Shown: piece after piece, positions 49,054 through 62,292 of the stretch | Numbering within the stretch: position 1 is the stretch's first letter | Layout of the letters: each line of letters starts with the position of its first letter | DNA from: Selaginella moellendorffii | Taxonomy: Eukaryota > Plantae > Lycopodiophyta | NCBI RefSeq assembly: GCF_000143415.4 | Contig: NW_003314404.1 | Location: 62,001 to 126,000 of the forward strand | DNA length: 64,000 bases | Direction: 5' to 3' | The notes under the pieces: generated by a model | What the model saw: only the letters and a program-made list of their open reading frames with translations | Databases searched by the model: none | Told to the model about the DNA's origin: nothing | Made by a program: the position numbers and the translations under genes

Positions 49054-51444
49054 GATCCAGTGGCAGTGTTGGCAAACACGGCCAATGGCAGAAAGGGACT
49101 TAGAGGGGACTGACAGAGGGATATTGGGGAAGGCTATTCCCCTTGTCGGTGGGCATCCCAAGGATGCTAAGGAGTGGGTCTGAGATGACCACTCACGGAT
49201 GGTTTGCCTGGTCTTGGAGAGCCAAGACTGTGATGCAAGTGGTATTGGACTACCAGTGTGGCAAAGGTGATTGGGCATGGCCTTAGCGTAACAAGCTGCC
49301 ATGTCGGTGGTACCTTTGAGTATCGGTCATGGGATTGGACACGTGGAGCACTTGGACCAAGTGCAAATGTTGAGTGGCATGGATGCCATTCTTGGGGCTA
49401 GCAAGTCCCAAGTCCTGAATTGGACTTATGGAGGTTGTGAATGAGACTCCTCCAAGTGATCGGAGGTGTGGTTAAGTGACTAAAGTAGAATGGAAAATTT
49501 AGTCGCTTACACCTAGTTGAAGGTGATAACTTCAAAAAGGGTGGGCCATGGGGCCAAGCATAGAGGAGTCCATGCATGATCACAGACATGTCAAGGGAGA
49601 GGATTTGGCAGTGTGGAGGAACTAAGTTTTTAAGCTGTGATCAATAGCGCGCTTAAGTATAAGTTGGTGCACTGGCGTGATGAGTCACGCCAGGCATCCT
49701 AGGTGATGCCGTCCGTAGATGCATATACGGAGGTTGGGTTCGAGTCCCGACTCTTTAGTGCTTGGGTTCGAGTCCCAAATCACTAGAGCGTGGTGATGGT
49801 TTGGAATATGAGGACACTCATATTTCAGTGGTCATGGACTCTCAGTGAGGAGACTGGCTTAGGCACACCGCCAAGCGGGGGATGCTCCGGAGTCGTGATA
49901 CACGGTTAGATTGCTTAGTGTGGCTTGGCATATCTAATTTGAACACTTTGGTACGAGTGGCACCAAGGACGTGGTGAATGAGATGGGGACACCCAGTCTC
50001 AGTTGCTATGGACCCTTGGCCGGAAGGGCTAGCTTGGGCACACCGCTAAGTGTGGGGGATGCCCCCGGGGTCATGGTCAACAACTTAAAGGTCTAGAAGA
50101 CCTAGTACCTATGGGCAAACCTGTTAAGATGCCAAGGTTAGATCACTAGGTGATCTTATGGCTAAAACAAGAACAAGGTCCTTGTGAGGTTAAGGGATAA
50201 AGTTCCAAGTTCAAAGTGTTAATTAGAATTATTGATGATGGTGTGGCTAGGTGACCAAGTGAGAAGGACACCTTAGGGAAATGAGATATGTCAATGCAAT
50301 GACATAATGAGTCCGAGGAAAGTCGTCTCTATAAGAGACCTGTGGGAGGGTCACAGAGTTGGGTTGTGGATAGAGCCCACAGCAGAAAATGCTAAAGAAA
50401 CGTACTAGGGGTGAACACCCTCCGGACTTGGCAAAGTGGAGCTTTGCCATGGAACCAAAAGAATACCTCAAAGGGGGAGGTAGTGATCCTTTGTTGCTTG
50501 ATGCAACAATCAATGGATAGGAGCAAAAGACTAGTGGCCAAGTTTGGGCCATGGAATTTAATGGGAGGAATGTGTTTAATGCTAATAGATTGCGGGAAAG
50601 GAAGTGGACTTCCAAGGTTAGATTCCCAAATGCTCCAATTTGGCAAAGTAAAAGCTCCAAATGAGGAGCGGCAAAGTAGCCAAAGGATAGGGCTGTGGAC
50701 AACCCTGGCACAAACGATGATAAATGGGAACGTAGTGCCAAGGGTAGCATAAAATAGAAAAGAGGATGAAGGTGCCCTCAAGTAGAAGACTTCCTAGGAT
50801 AGGGAAGTGGACTTGCACAATATGTGCAATGCAAAGTGTCGGAGACACCTAGGAAATTGACTTCAAGAAGTCAAAAGTAAACGTCCCAAAGTGCAAAGGT
50901 TATGGCGATAGAATCTGAGACTACTTAAGAATGAGTAGTGGAATTGAGTTAGAGAAGGTGTCTCTAATGGGTTTAGCGAGAACTGAACCAATAAAAGGGA
51001 GCAAACCACTCTAGGTGGCCAAATGAGTCTCTATGTTGGAGAGACTATGCCCCTTAGAGGATGAATAATGCATGGTGAGCCTTCAATGTCAAAACCATAG
51101 ACAAATATTGGCTGAGTGCCAAGGATAGAAATGGTAACATATGTGGGTGTTACTTTAGAAAATGGTTTACCATTCGATGAGGACATCAAACTTCGTCTAT
51201 GGGTGGTGGAGTTGTGAGACACAAATCTCTAAGCCCTAAAGTGGAGCCGAAAGGGTGCCACGTGGTAGTGGCCGAAGTAAAAGCCAAACGAGCGTAACAC
51301 GTTTGGATTAAAAGGCTCCGACTTAAGAGGTTGAGAGCGGGAGTGGAACTCCCAACGGAGTGCTCAAGGAATGAGTATGAAGCGAACAATAAGCGAGGCT
51401 CCAAAAAGGGACCTAAAAGGACCAACACATGACACGTAGAAGTG

Positions 51445-51868
51445 TCCGAGATGGACCCGAGATGGAGTCCGAAGTGGAGCCCGAGATGGAGTCCGAGATG
51501 GACCCGAGATGGAGTCCGAGATGGAGTTCGAGATGGATTCCGAGATGGACCCGAGATGGAGTCCGAGATGGAGTCCGAGATGGACCCGAGATGGACCCGA
51601 GATGGAGTCCGAGATGGACCTGAGATGGAGTCCGAGATGGACCCGAGATGGACCCGAGATGGAGTCCGAGATGGACCCGAGATGGAGTCCGAGATGGACC
51701 CGAGATGGACCCGAGATGGAGTCCGAGATGGAGTCCAAGATGGAGTCCGAGATGGAGTCCAAGATGGAGTCCGAGATGGAGTCCAAGATGGAACCGAGAC
51801 CGAGACCGAGTCCGAGTCCGAAACCGGGACCGAGACCGAGTCCGAGTCTGAATTCGAGCCCGAGTCTG
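51445..51868 (+). repeat. Tandem array in LTR4
   Basis: Same units. Confidence 0.95.
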
Positions 51869-52064
51869 AATACTAATATAGGCAATTGGGTGAAAGCCCA
51901 AAGCGATCGTCCCCCGGGGGGGGGGGGGGGGGCTTCAGGGGGTTCCAAAAGTATAATAAGGAAAGTGTGGGGGTTGGAGCCCCATGGAACCCGTTTGGCC
52001 CGGAAAGGCCACTTTGGCCCCAAAAGGCCATACTCCAGGTTGGGTGGAAGAACTGGCCCCTGGG

Positions 52065-52580
52065 NNNNNNNNNNNNNNNNNNNNNNNNNNNNNNNNNNNN
52101 NNNNNNNNNNNNNNNNNNNNNNNNNNNNNNNNNNNNNNNNNNNNNNNNNNNNNNNNNNNNNNNNNNNNNNNNNNNNNNNNNNNNNNNNNNNNNNNNNNNN
52201 NNNNNNNNNNNNNNNNNNNNNNNNNNNNNNNNNNNNNNNNNNNNNNNNNNNNNNNNNNNNNNNNNNNNNNNNNNNNNNNNNNNNNNNNNNNNNNNNNNNN
52301 NNNNNNNNNNNNNNNNNNNNNNNNNNNNNNNNNNNNNNNNNNNNNNNNNNNNNNNNNNNNNNNNNNNNNNNNNNNNNNNNNNNNNNNNNNNNNNNNNNNN
52401 NNNNNNNNNNNNNNNNNNNNNNNNNNNNNNNNNNNNNNNNNNNNNNNNNNNNNNNNNNNNNNNNNNNNNNNNNNNNNNNNNNNNNNNNNNNNNNNNNNNN
52501 NNNNNNNNNNNNNNNNNNNNNNNNNNNNNNNNNNNNNNNNNNNNNNNNNNNNNNNNNNNNNNNNNNNNNNNNNNNNNNNN
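52065..52580. other. Assembly gap in LTR4
   Basis: Run of N. Confidence 1.
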
Positions 52581-53352
52581 AACTTTGCCTGCTGGGCCTC
52601 TCACGCGTCTACTCATAGACTCCCAGTCCAAGTGTGGGTGGCACTACCTACTTGGATACCTGGTGTGGCTCAACGAAACCTCGCTCTAAGCCCATGGCTA
52701 GAGCACCCAAAGTGGGAAGGCGGGGAGAGTACCCATGAGGCCGCGTAGGGCCACGGTGTTCCGAAATGTTGTCCCAAAGGCCTAGACTGTGGAAAGGAAG
52801 AGGAGTAGTCCTTTGGTGTAGTGACCAAGGATACAGTCGAGTGGTGAGGAAGTCCTAGAGGACTGTGGGACTTAATGGTCGAGCCTGTGGGCCTCGATCC
52901 AGTGGCAGTGTTGGCGAACACGGCCAGGGGCAGAAAGGGACTTGGTGAAGACCGGAAAAGGGATATTGGGGAAGGCTATTCCCCATGTCTGTGGGCATCC
53001 TAAGGATGCTAAGGAGTGGATCTGGAATGATCACTCTTGGACGAATGGCCCAGTCCTTGAGAGATGGGACTGTGATGCAGGTGGTGTTAGACCTCCGGTG
53101 TGACCAAGGTAAAGGGGCATGGCCTTAGCATAACGGGCTGATATGTCGGTGGTACCTTGGGGTGTCGGTCATGGGATCGGACACGTGGAGCACTTGGATC
53201 AAGTGTAAAGGTTGAGTGGTGGGGATGCCATTCTCGGGGCTAGCAAGCCCAAGTCTGAAATAGGACTTATGGAGGTTGTGAGTGAGACTCCTCCAAGTGG
53301 TTGGAAGTGTGGTTAAGTGACTAAAGTAGAATGGAAAATTTAGTCGCTTACA

Positions 53353-54720
53353 CCAACCTAGTACTATTCAAACTCAAAGACGCTTAACCCTAAATATCCC
53401 AAAACCCTTAACCGATTGGAAAAGAGGGTGCACTCTTATTCATAGGCTATTATTTCATATCTCAAATGACACATAATTATCACCTTTCAAATGTGTAGAG
53501 GCATCTCTTAACAAAACCTTCACACAAATATTAGTGATAAAGGAGTTAAGCTTCATGATGAGATAGAATTTACCATCCTAGATAATGCATCAGCTTACCT
53601 CCATATTTGTATTGGATCTTAACAACCATTTCCTATAGAAACTCTTGCCAACAAGCAAGGCAGCCTCAAAGATATTTTTGACAATTGAAATATTAGAGAC
53701 ACTAATGCTTTGAATTCATATAGAAGTTTGATCTATACAGATGATGTTGCCATTCCTTCATAGCGGCAATTATATCATATAAGTCTTTGTCTCAAGTAGG
53801 CCAATTATGTTGTGTAGCATCAAACTTGTGACTCATATACGCAAGAGGATGCCCAGCTTGAAGCAATATGGCCCCATTAACAATATCAAATACATTTGTT
53901 TCAACCACAAGAGGCTCCTCAAGATAAAAAATCTTCAACACAAAAACAAAGATACAATATTGCTTCAAATGCTAAAATACCATTTGATATTTCTCATACC
54001 AATTATAATAGTAGTATGTTTTGATGTGTTTTGGAGAAGATTGGTCAAGGGAATAGTTATTTGTGAAAAATCCTTTATAAATCGTCGAAAAACTTTAGCC
54101 ATACCAAGGAAATTATAGAGATCAATGCACAGTTAAAGGTATTAACCACAACTTGGATCTTTGTAGGATCAACTTTCACATCATATACTAAAATCAAATG
54201 CTTAAAATATCCAATTTCCTTTAAGAAAAACTTGCACTTAGATAACTTTGAGTATAGCTTGTTGTCCCTCAAAAGTTGCAAAACACTTCACACATATGTC
54301 TTATGTTCCTCTATTGAAAAGCTGAATACCAAGATATCATCAAAATAATAATTCTCAAGTAAAGCTGTAAAAATTGATTTATCAACTTCTAAAAAGTTGT
54401 AGGAGCAATTGTTAAACCAAATGGCATTACCAAAAACTTGTAGTGACCTATCCTTATCTAAAATACAGTCTTTAGAACATCCTTTGACCTGACACAAATT
54501 TGATGATACCTTTACCTCAAATCAATCTTTGTAAAATATTGAGCACCATGAAGACAATCAAGTAAATCATTAATACTAGAATATTAATGATATTTTCGTA
54601 TATATTCTTAATTATCCTATCATTCAATCCCTTATAGTTCACACAAAGATGCTATATACCATCTTCCTTCTTGACCATCACCACAAAAGGAGCCCAAAAA
54701 GACTTGCTTATTCATGACTA
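53353..54720 (-). mobile_element. Decayed Ty3/gypsy pol, RT/RNase H part (same element as 36280-38054, split by family A)
   Basis: Minus strand reads FTKIDLR..YHQI, GHYKFLVMPFGL, YFDDILVFSFSIEEH, LRDNKLYSKLSKCKF, VDPTKIQ, with frameshifts. Confidence 0.85.
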
Positions 54721-54721
54721 T

Positions 54722-55230
54722 TATAGTGTATGTGGTTTTCATCCATTTACTCTATGGTGATTTACTATAGATGGAACCTAAACCCTCTATGTGTCATATG
54801 CTATATGCCATGGCCATATGCCTTGTGTCCAAGGACAATATAGTAGAAGCCAAGTTTCAAAGCCTTTGGGCCACTAAATGAAGGAACAAAGCTAAACTCC
54901 TAAATATAAAGACTGGAGCATGGAAAGATTTATGAGTATATAGCCCAAGGAGTGAAGGGATAGAAGTATGGAGTGACTGATAACAGTCTTAAAGCATCTA
55001 ACATCCTAATGTCAGGATTAGCATGCAAAATGGAACCAAACGAAATCTAACATCATTTTAGCATACCGGTGGCCTAATGTAAGAATATAGGTACTTCACC
55101 AACTAGCATGGTGCAGAACTTGGGTTTAGACCCAAACTAAATGTAGAACAAAGACAGACATATAAGCAAGAGTTATGCCTCAAGTTGGTCAATCATACTT
55201 GACTTACCCACTATCTTTATTATATATTTA
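54722..55230 (-). mobile_element. Old, C-to-T/G-to-A eroded partial LTR of family B, interrupted by a newer family B LTR
   Basis: TATAGTGTATGTGGTTTT corresponds to TGTAGCGCACGTGGTTTT. Colinear with 55231-55770 up to ACCCACTATC. Confidence 0.85.
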
Positions 55231-58200
55231 TGTAGCGCACGTGGTTTTGACCCTTTATCCTATGATGATTTACCATAGGATAACACCACGAAGCGGAACC
55301 TAAACCCTCTTTGTGCCACGTGACAGATGCCACGTGTCACATGCCACGTGTCCATGCCACGTGTCCATAGGAACCCGAGGTTCAGGGCCTTGGGCCACTG
55401 AACAAAGGAACGGTGCCAAACTCCCAAGCATGGAGCCAAGGAGTGATGGAACCGAACCACGGAGCAACTCCCGAGCATAAAGCCCAAGGAGCGAAGGGAC
55501 AGGAGCCCGGAGCGACTTGGAACAGTCCTAGAGTAACCAGCATCCCAATGCTAGGACTAGCACGCAGAACGGAGCCAAACGGAGTTTGGCGCTATTTCGG
55601 CATACCGGTGGCCTAACGCGAGGACATGGGTACTCCACCAACTAGCATGGAATGGAGCTTGGGCTTAGACCCAAGCCGGACGCAGAACAAGGACAGGCAC
55701 GCAAGCGGAAGCTAGACTATGCCTCAGGTTGGTCGGCCATGCCCGACCTACCCACTATCCCTACTATACATTTGGAACCCCCTATAGCCCCCCCCCCTTG
55801 AGGAACACACGCTTTGGGCTTTCACCCCAAGCCTCCCTTAGTATCAAGAGTTAGTCTCTGGGACAAGCTCGAAACTTACTAAATATGGAATGGCGCTAGA
55901 TTGCGAATTTGGACACGGGACGAACACCATTGTGTTCAGGCCGATCTCTACATTCCGTAGATATGCCAAATGAGCAGATCTAGACACTTTCCATAAATAG
56001 CATTTGGAACCAAAATGAGACTAACACAAAGGGCATGATAGCGAGGGTGTTTGGCAAACACGGTAAGCTATCATCCAGCGATATTGAGGGACCAATCTCA
56101 ATACGCGAGGGTTCTTGTCAAGCCAGTGCAAGACAGAGCAAAAGAGAACTAAGAGCCAGGCCGAGTATGCTCAGCTAGAAACACATAGGAGTTCTTACCT
56201 TATGTCCATCTGGCTAAGTACAGGTGCTAAGCCCAGTAAACTAACACTTAAACAAGAGGGGCTGATAAAGGGAACCAGCAATACCGACCTCCTGCCATCG
56301 TGGCAGTAAGGTAAGAGTGTCCGTAAGGACTGGTCGACAGGTAACTTTCGATACCCGAAGTCACATGCGCGACACTCTCCCCCCCTAGGGAAGATCGACG
56401 TCCTCGTCGATGCACACTCGAGTCTAGAATACCGCCAAGGAAACAACTCCAGAAAAAGTTCACGGTACTCACACTATGTGAGAAATGCACCAACTTAAAT
56501 GAGTTAGGGGGCAACCTCTTTGTCTAACGCGGATGCGCTACCAGCTCAGACACCTTCCGACCGTCGCCGACAAGGAAATGACCAACGGAGTCAGCCACCC
56601 CTGCTGCTCTGGGAGTCACCCAGCTACAAAAGTGTGATACACCCCTGCCCGCAAGGACATAGAGAGAGAAGCCAAAGGCCCCAACCCTCCTGAGCAAAGA
56701 AACCAAACCCGTCGGTAAGGTTTAGATAGACTACTGTAAACAGGCAGTTAGAGTTGTTTACACGGTCACGCCCTTTCAACGGAATAAGGAACATCGACAG
56801 AGAGGCGGGTTATGTGACCAGTCCACAGTAGCTATCCCATGACTAGAGATTTCAACATGCACACGAAGTGCCGAAGCCAGTCTGCCTATACTGGTCCAAA
56901 CTCAAAGATCAATAGATAGACAATATCAAAGTCATAGACAATGATATCTTAGAGACTTAATTATCAGTGAGTATATCTTAGATTAGAACACAAAAGTATT
57001 CCAGGTAAGTTATCATCCGATAAACTAGTATTATAGTATATGAACCACCAAGATCATCAGAATTGGTAAACATAGGATTCACCATCAAACAAAATTCAAT
57101 AGCAAGTATATCATCAAGTAAACTCAATGATAAAGCTTAACTATTAAAGATTGCAGACAGAATGCCAAACAACTTACGAAAGATAACTCAAAGAACACAA
57201 AGTATTATTGATTAACAAGCACAATGCTCGCGAATGTATCACCCGAAGGAAATAACATCCCAACCTATCAGAACTAACTCAAGCAATAATCAACAGAAGA
57301 GAATGAATGTGGTAAGACCAACAAACACTCATTCCTGCCAACTAACACAAAAGCCAATCTGAATAGATCCTAGCCAACAATACCAAGGAACTCAAGTTGC
57401 ATAAGCAAGTGTCAGCAACATCCTACTGATGTCTCTAACCCAAGAGACCAATCCAGAGCAAATCACAAAAAATATGTGGTATTGCGAAAGGCCAAAAGCC
57501 ATCAAAAAGAACAACCAACTATCATGAAATATTGTCAATCATCCCATCAATAAAGAGATGCATAATCATTGTCAAAGAAGGAATCCACCATCCCGCAGAA
57601 TGGCAAATCATTCTATATTAACAATAATCAAGCAAAACTTGTGATAAAGATAATCAACTACCCTAGATGATAGTCAATCATCACCAATGATTGCTAGATG
57701 CAAATACTAACTTCATCGAAGCTAACAAGCCAAAATGTCTTCCCCAACAACTTCTAACCAATGGTCCACAAGCATGAAAGCTCAAGGAACCAAAAGCTCG
57801 AAGAAGCTTATAGCCAAGTCTTGCCTAACAATGATCACGAGTCTCGCATGAACTAACTTCAATGCTAAAGAAGAAATCGTGGTACAACCCACAATATCCT
57901 CCTCAACACATCCATAAGCTAAACTTCTTAGTGCAAAGCTAATGAAGAGCATGTCTGCATCAATCCAAAAGCTAAGCATAACAAAGCTATGCTCAACAAG
58001 TGATCACCAAACGATCCTCCATGAATCCATCTATAGCAAGACGTAACTCACTTCATAACAAGCACAAGAAGAATCATCAATGATCGATATATTCCAACTC
58101 AAATCCAATAAGGATTCAAACATTCCAATATCAATCACTAATTCTTCTGCTTGTAGAGTTAGCATAGTCCACGACTGAATCACTTTTCAAGGAAAAGCCA

Positions 58201-61200
58201 AAGCTCAACCCCTACTAAATAACCTCGTCTAGAACACAACTAATTCAAACTTGTCATTCCGCTTGTTTGAACGTCAACACAGTTGCTAACTAGCAAATGC
58301 ACGAATGCCAATAACACAAAGCCATAGCCAAATCATCAACACTATTTTCATCGAGACTAATGAAACGCAATATCAATCCTAAGGATAGACATCTCATCTC
58401 ACTTGAATCTCAACGTCAATAGTATCAATGACAAGGCATCACCTCAATGCCATCAACATCAGAACAAAGCTAAAAGAAAGCAAGAGTGAATCACCACTCA
58501 AAACTCTCTTGCAACCAAGCTAACCAAGGCCGAAAATACTTTACTCAGTATCTGAGACCAATTCTTCAGCAAAACTCAGTTACAGATAACACTTCCTCAA
58601 GGAGTGAATCACCACGTCCAAGACTCAATGAAATCCAACACTATGAAATAAACGCAACTAAATGATATCAACAGAGGTAGAGTCGACATGCCAACATGGA
58701 AAACCCATGTAAGTCTAACGACACGATCCTCCGCAACACCATCCGGCAAAGCAAGCCCATCACTGCTAAATCATCATCAAGTGAAGCAAGTATCAACAGT
58801 CCTCAACGAAGTCTACTAGCAATCACTAGTCGCAAAGCAACTAACAACCACTCTTCAACTTGTCTCCACAAGACCCAAACACTGAACTCATGCCATTGAG
58901 TCATACACTTGTCCAACATGAACGTAATACTCTAGGTACGAGATAAAAGTTCATTGACAAGCACAAACTAAATGACCACTCGAATCCAACTCAACCGCAA
59001 TAAGCTCACTAATGCATTTAGCCAACAGCTCTGAGCATGCCTTAGAAGAGGCTAACTATGCATGATCAACACTTAGTCGAAACTAAAGTGAAGACCATGA
59101 GATGGACTCATATCGGTACACAACCTCCTCATAGACAAAGCTATAGTACGGGTACCAACATCTCAAAGTCAAATAACTAAGTTGAACATCACCATCCTCA
59201 GCCAAGGCGCAGGGCCACCAAGACCAAGTCAAGATCAGTGAGAGCTCACTACTCTCATAGAGTCTAACAAAATGCAAAGTGCAACCTGCCACCAAGCATA
59301 ACGCTACAAAAGAAAGGCACAAGGGTCACCTTTCTAGAAAAGCGCAACGGCCACTTTTCTACACCAACTCCAGACTCTATCCAACTCAATTGCCTTAGCC
59401 CCAAAAGTCAGCATCCCTTTCAGGCCGCATCATACAAACTACATACTAAAGTTTAAGCCAACCGAAGTCAACTCCAACCCCTTCACTAGTTTGTACTGGC
59501 TTACGAAAATGGAATGGTTTTCGAGCAAAGTGACCAACAGATCAGCCATTGGAAAAGTCTAAGAAAATTTGTGGAAAATTTTCCATCCTAGAGAAAGAAT
59601 GACTCTCAGTCCAGGAATGCAAACTTTCAAGACTCAACCAACTTCCTCCTACTTAACAACTTTCACATAGGCTCACCTTAACACAAATTCTCATGACCCA
59701 TAGTATGCTTAAGCCTTGAACATCTTTTTGCCCATATATCCAACATCCAACACCAACATCCACAAAATGCAAAGTGAACATCCAAGGTTTGATCACGAAG
59801 CCCACATCTTCGGATATCCACATTGCACTAACACTTTTCTTCAACCACCTTCAAGATCCAATGTGAAGCTAAAACACTAACAAGAAAAATGACATGGAAA
59901 ATCAAGCTTAAGGAAAATTCCTCATCACTCGAAATAACAATATCATCTCCACTAGCACAAGTGCTAACAATGTCAATGCCTCAACTACACACCTTCTCCA
60001 TCCAATAATCTACTCCAAGTGCTAACGGATAAACCAACAAGCTATAGCAAATGAATGCTACAACCCTTTTTTAACACCTTATGGGCAAACCCTCAAGGAA
60101 ACAAGGAACCAACTTAAGCTTAGCACAATGGACCACTATTGAGAATCCAGTCAAAGCTACTACAATGCTACTTCGTGCAAGTAGACTAGCTTTACTATCA
60201 ACCACTTTGGGGTTGATCATCATTTAACTAAGCAACTTCGTAAACACATTGCTCATTATCACATGGATATGATATAAAGATCACAATGACTTGATCATCA
60301 ATTGAGCAACACTATGAGCAATACCTATGTCATTACTTCAAAGGTTTATGTGACTATCAAGTGCCAACTCGATTCGACAAAATGCAACATAAATGCCACA
60401 CTCCACCGATAGAGACTTACAACATTTAACACCACTAACTTTTGTTCACAACACGGACAAGCTCATGCCACTCTCTTTCCGACCAAACTCAAAACTAATC
60501 CAACACTAAACTACTCAAGGAGCAATAGCAAGGTTCCTCAGAAAAGAATTGAGCATTGCAACCAAAGTCTTCAATAGCAAGTTTAGACAAAATGGTTTAG
60601 CGCTTCACTGCTATCCATCCCACAACTCACTATTTGTAAGACTATCATTTCCAACATGCACCAAGATAGGGACTCTTGATTGCATAATGTGAACACGAGC
60701 AATGAGTCACACCTTGTTGCAAATCATCTCTCCAAGAGAAAATGATTTACGTGTTTGATCCTTCGTCCCCGATAACTCTCTTTTCGGTCTCATCTTTGAC
60801 TAAACCTCAAGCTTGCTTTCGCACTGCCTTCAGTCCAATCCAAGAAAAGTTTATGAGAGAACACGGCAATAACTACTTGAACCAATAGACTAATCCCTAC
60901 AGTCTTGGTTGACTCACTTGTAATCATGCCTAGGAAGGATCCACTAGTGCCGTGCTAAACAGCTACGGACCAGCCTATTTGCCACTCATAGCAAACCCAG
61001 GGAAAGTTTACTTTCACTCATGGTACATGGAACAACTCACCAAACCATCGATAGGCTAACACTAATCCTGCCAACTCAAAGCGTAACCTTGAGTTGCTAA
61101 TGTGCCTCACTCACGAGCCCAAGCTCAAACTCGTATGAACGGAACATCTTAATCCCTCTTGTGAGCCCAAGCTCAAGCTCACAGAATATGGTACAACAAG

Positions 61201-62292
61201 GTGACCAAATCCATACCCAAGGAACGTTTGCGAAGTCTTTGCACCCAAACGTGTACCCACTCGGATCATCGTTTTCATCTCTGCGTATGCAACAAGACTA
61301 GTTGCCCAATCTCATTGTATAGTACTCGCTGAGACTCATTCTCTGATACCAAATGTAGCGCACGTGGTTTTTACCCTTTATCCTATGGTGATTTACCATA
61401 GGATAACACCACGAAGCGGAACCTAAACCCTCTTTGTGCCACGTGACAGAGTAACCAGCATCCCAATGCCAGGACTAGCACGCAAAACGGAGCCAAACGG
61501 AGTCTGACGCTATTTCGGCATACCGGTGGCCTAACGCAAGGATATGGGTACCCCACCAACTAGCATGGAATGGAATTTGGGCTTAGACCCAAGCCGGACG
61601 CAGAACAAGGACAGGCACGCAAGCGGGAGCTAGACTATGCCTCAGGTTGGTCGGCCATGCCCGACCTACCCACTATCCCTACTATACATTTGGAACCCCC
61701 CATAGCCCCCCCCCCCCTTGAGGAACACACGCTTTGGGCTTTCACCCCAAGCCTCCCTTAGTATCAGGAGTTAGTCTCTGGGACAAGCTCGAAACTTACT
61801 AAATATGGAATGTCCTTAGATTGCGAATTTGGGCACGGGACGAACACCATTGTGTTCAAGCCGATCTCTACATTCCGTAGATATGCCAAATGAGCAAATT
61901 TGGACACTTTCCATAAATAGCATTTGGGACTGAAATGAGACTAACACAAAGGGCATGATAGCGAGGGTGTTTCAGACACGGTAAGCTATCATCCGGCGAT
62001 ATTGAGGGACCAATCTCAATACGCGAGGGTTCTTGTCAAGCCAGTGCAAGACAAAGCAAAAGAGAACTAAGAGCCAGGCCGAGTATGCTCAGCTAGAAAC
62101 ACATAGGAGTTCCTACCTTATGTCCATCTAGCTAAGTACAGGTGCTAAGCCCAGTAAACTAACACTTGAACAAGAGGGGCTGATAAAGGGAACCAGCAAT
62201 ACCGACCTCCTGCCATCGTGGCAGTAAGGTAAGAGTGTCCGTAAGGACTGGTCGACAGGTAACTTTCGATACCCGAAGTCACATGCGCGACA
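55231..62292 (-). mobile_element. Family B LTR retrotransposon, decayed gypsy/chromovirus-like; 3' LTR 55231-56374, 5' LTR 61354-62292
   Basis: TG...CA LTR pair, minus-strand PBS TGGTATCAGAG (61341-61351), PPT AGGGGGGGAGAG (56375-56386). Only vestigial RT/RH-like and pol C-terminal remnants, no long ORF. The flanks (ATTTA vs CCAAC) do not form a TSD. Confidence 0.88.
55314..55368. promoter_or_regulatory. Four tandem G-box/ABRE motifs (TGCCACGTG) in the family B LTR
   Basis: TGCCACGTGACAGA TGCCACGTGTCACA TGCCACGTGTCCA TGCCACGTGTCCAT. Confidence 0.6.

Larger units (their letters stand above)
41798..49511 (+). mobile_element. Younger family A copy nested inside the outer copy; LTRs 41798-43619 and 47723-49511
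   Basis: Perfect TSD CCTAG (41793-41797 and 49512-49516), PBS at 43623-43634, PPT-like tract before 47723. LTRs nearly identical outside the tandem array. The empty site ACAAATACCCTAGTTGAAG is visible inside the inner copy at ~45938-45956. Confidence 0.95.
38055..53352 (+). mobile_element. Non-autonomous LARD-like LTR retrotransposon, family A, outer copy; LTRs 38055-39471 and 51213-53352
   Basis: TGTGAGACAC...GTCGCTTACA termini, PBS TGGTATCGGAGC at 39475-39486, purine-rich tract ATGGGTGGTGGAGT before the 3' LTR, near-TSD CCAGC/CCAAC. The two LTRs share diagnostic variants. No gag/pol ORF. Confidence 0.9.
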
